This document shows, piece after piece, positions 63,599 through 64,000 of a stretch of 64,000 bases of DNA (position 1 is the stretch's first letter; every line of letters begins with the position of its first letter). The DNA lies in the IMG/VR virus record IMGVR_UViG_2974611271_000001, positions 1 to 64,000 of that record; one strand, given 5' to 3'. Below the pieces are notes generated by a model, which was given only the letters and a program-made list of their open reading frames with translations, was not told the origin of the DNA and did not search any database. The stretch is from a virus. Its lineage: Duplodnaviria; Caudoviricetes. A program made the translations under genes and the position numbers.

Positions 63599-64000
63599 TG
63601 TTCGGTCACAATGAAATCGTCGGGAAGCGTGCGTTTCCCGACGACGACAAACTCCTGGTCACTTCGATCTTCGTCACGATGCAAGGCGAAGGACCTTTCT
63701 CGGGAATGCCCGCCGTCTTCGTGCGCCTCGCGAAGTGCAATCTCGCGTGCTCGTTCTGCGACACCTACTTCGATTCCGGCGACTGGCTGACGTTCGACGA
63801 ACTGGACACGTGCATCGACGACTTGCTGTGGGATGCGTCGCCCGTCCTGGACAAGGAAGACTATGTCCTGATCATCACCGGCGGCGAACCAATGCTGCAG
63901 AAGGCGCTCGTGCCCTACCTGTACTCGCAGGATCGGAAATGGCGCCACGTGCAGATCGAATCCAACGGCATCATCGTGCAGGACATCCCGGCGGCGGTCA
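63598..64000 (+). CDS. queE: 7-carboxy-7-deazaguanine synthase (radical SAM), truncated by window end
   Basis: SIF.TMQGEGP..G.PAVFVRL..CNLACSFCDT, ITGGEP, IESNG. Confidence 0.92.
   Translation, partial: MFGHNEIVGKRAFPDDDKLLVTSIFVTMQGEGPFSGMPAVFVRLAKCNLACSFCDTYFDSGDWLTFDELDTCIDDLLWDASPVLDKEDYVLIITGGEPMLQKALVPYLYSQDRKWRHVQIESNGIIVQDIPAAV

Noticed and set aside
1-64000. CRISPR array, tRNA or rRNA genes
   Set aside because: No repeat-spacer array; no convincing cloverleaf with T-loop found by eye in intergenic DNA (tRNAscan not run)
1-64000. Integrase, DGR or retron reverse transcriptase, DNA polymerase, PurZ
   Set aside because: No matching motifs in the window; a polymerase (possibly DnaE-type given the DnaQ and clamp-like genes) probably lies outside it

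Overview
A GC-rich (roughly 63-65% by eye) 64-kb segment of a tailed dsDNA phage with a non-contractile tail, most likely infecting Alphaproteobacteria (Rhodobacteraceae-like). That host call rests on an RcGTA-type tail tip (DUF2460, DUF2163, NlpC/P60, megatron, DUF2793), a GTA-type head-spike base gene and a B12-dependent NrdJ. Layout: small hypothetical genes and a dGTP/dATP diphosphohydrolase (1-4.8 kb); a non-coding repeat locus, TerS and TerL (5-9 kb); an antisense island of early-type genes (9-12 kb); portal, a fibre cassette, NrdJ, minor head, endolysin, PhoH, scaffold, capsid, a T5 A1-like phosphoesterase, neck, tail and spanins (12.5-44.8 kb); then replication and nucleotide genes (ThyX, SNF2, SSB-like, primase, UvrD, Dda, DnaQ-like, clamp-like) interleaved with a 7-deazaguanine DNA-modification pathway (queD, queC, folE, queF, dpdA, and queE cut by the window edge). 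Best candidates for something new: (1) dpdA is translationally coupled to a tandem pair of paralogous GNATs in a QueF-positive pathway, pointing to an N-acylated dPreQ1 base, and DpdA ends in a beta-clamp-binding motif (QVSLF) in a phage with its own clamp-like gene; (2) the palindrome (C)GTTTAAAC(G) occurs at least 14 times, mostly inside genes via rare synonymous codons and often about 4.5 kb apart; (3) a 106-aa Tat-signal protein built from permuted family-A polymerase motifs; (4) a dispersed regulon marked by ATAAGCGACTTAT operators and GANTC-containing leaders. All calls are from motif recognition by eye; no searches were run.
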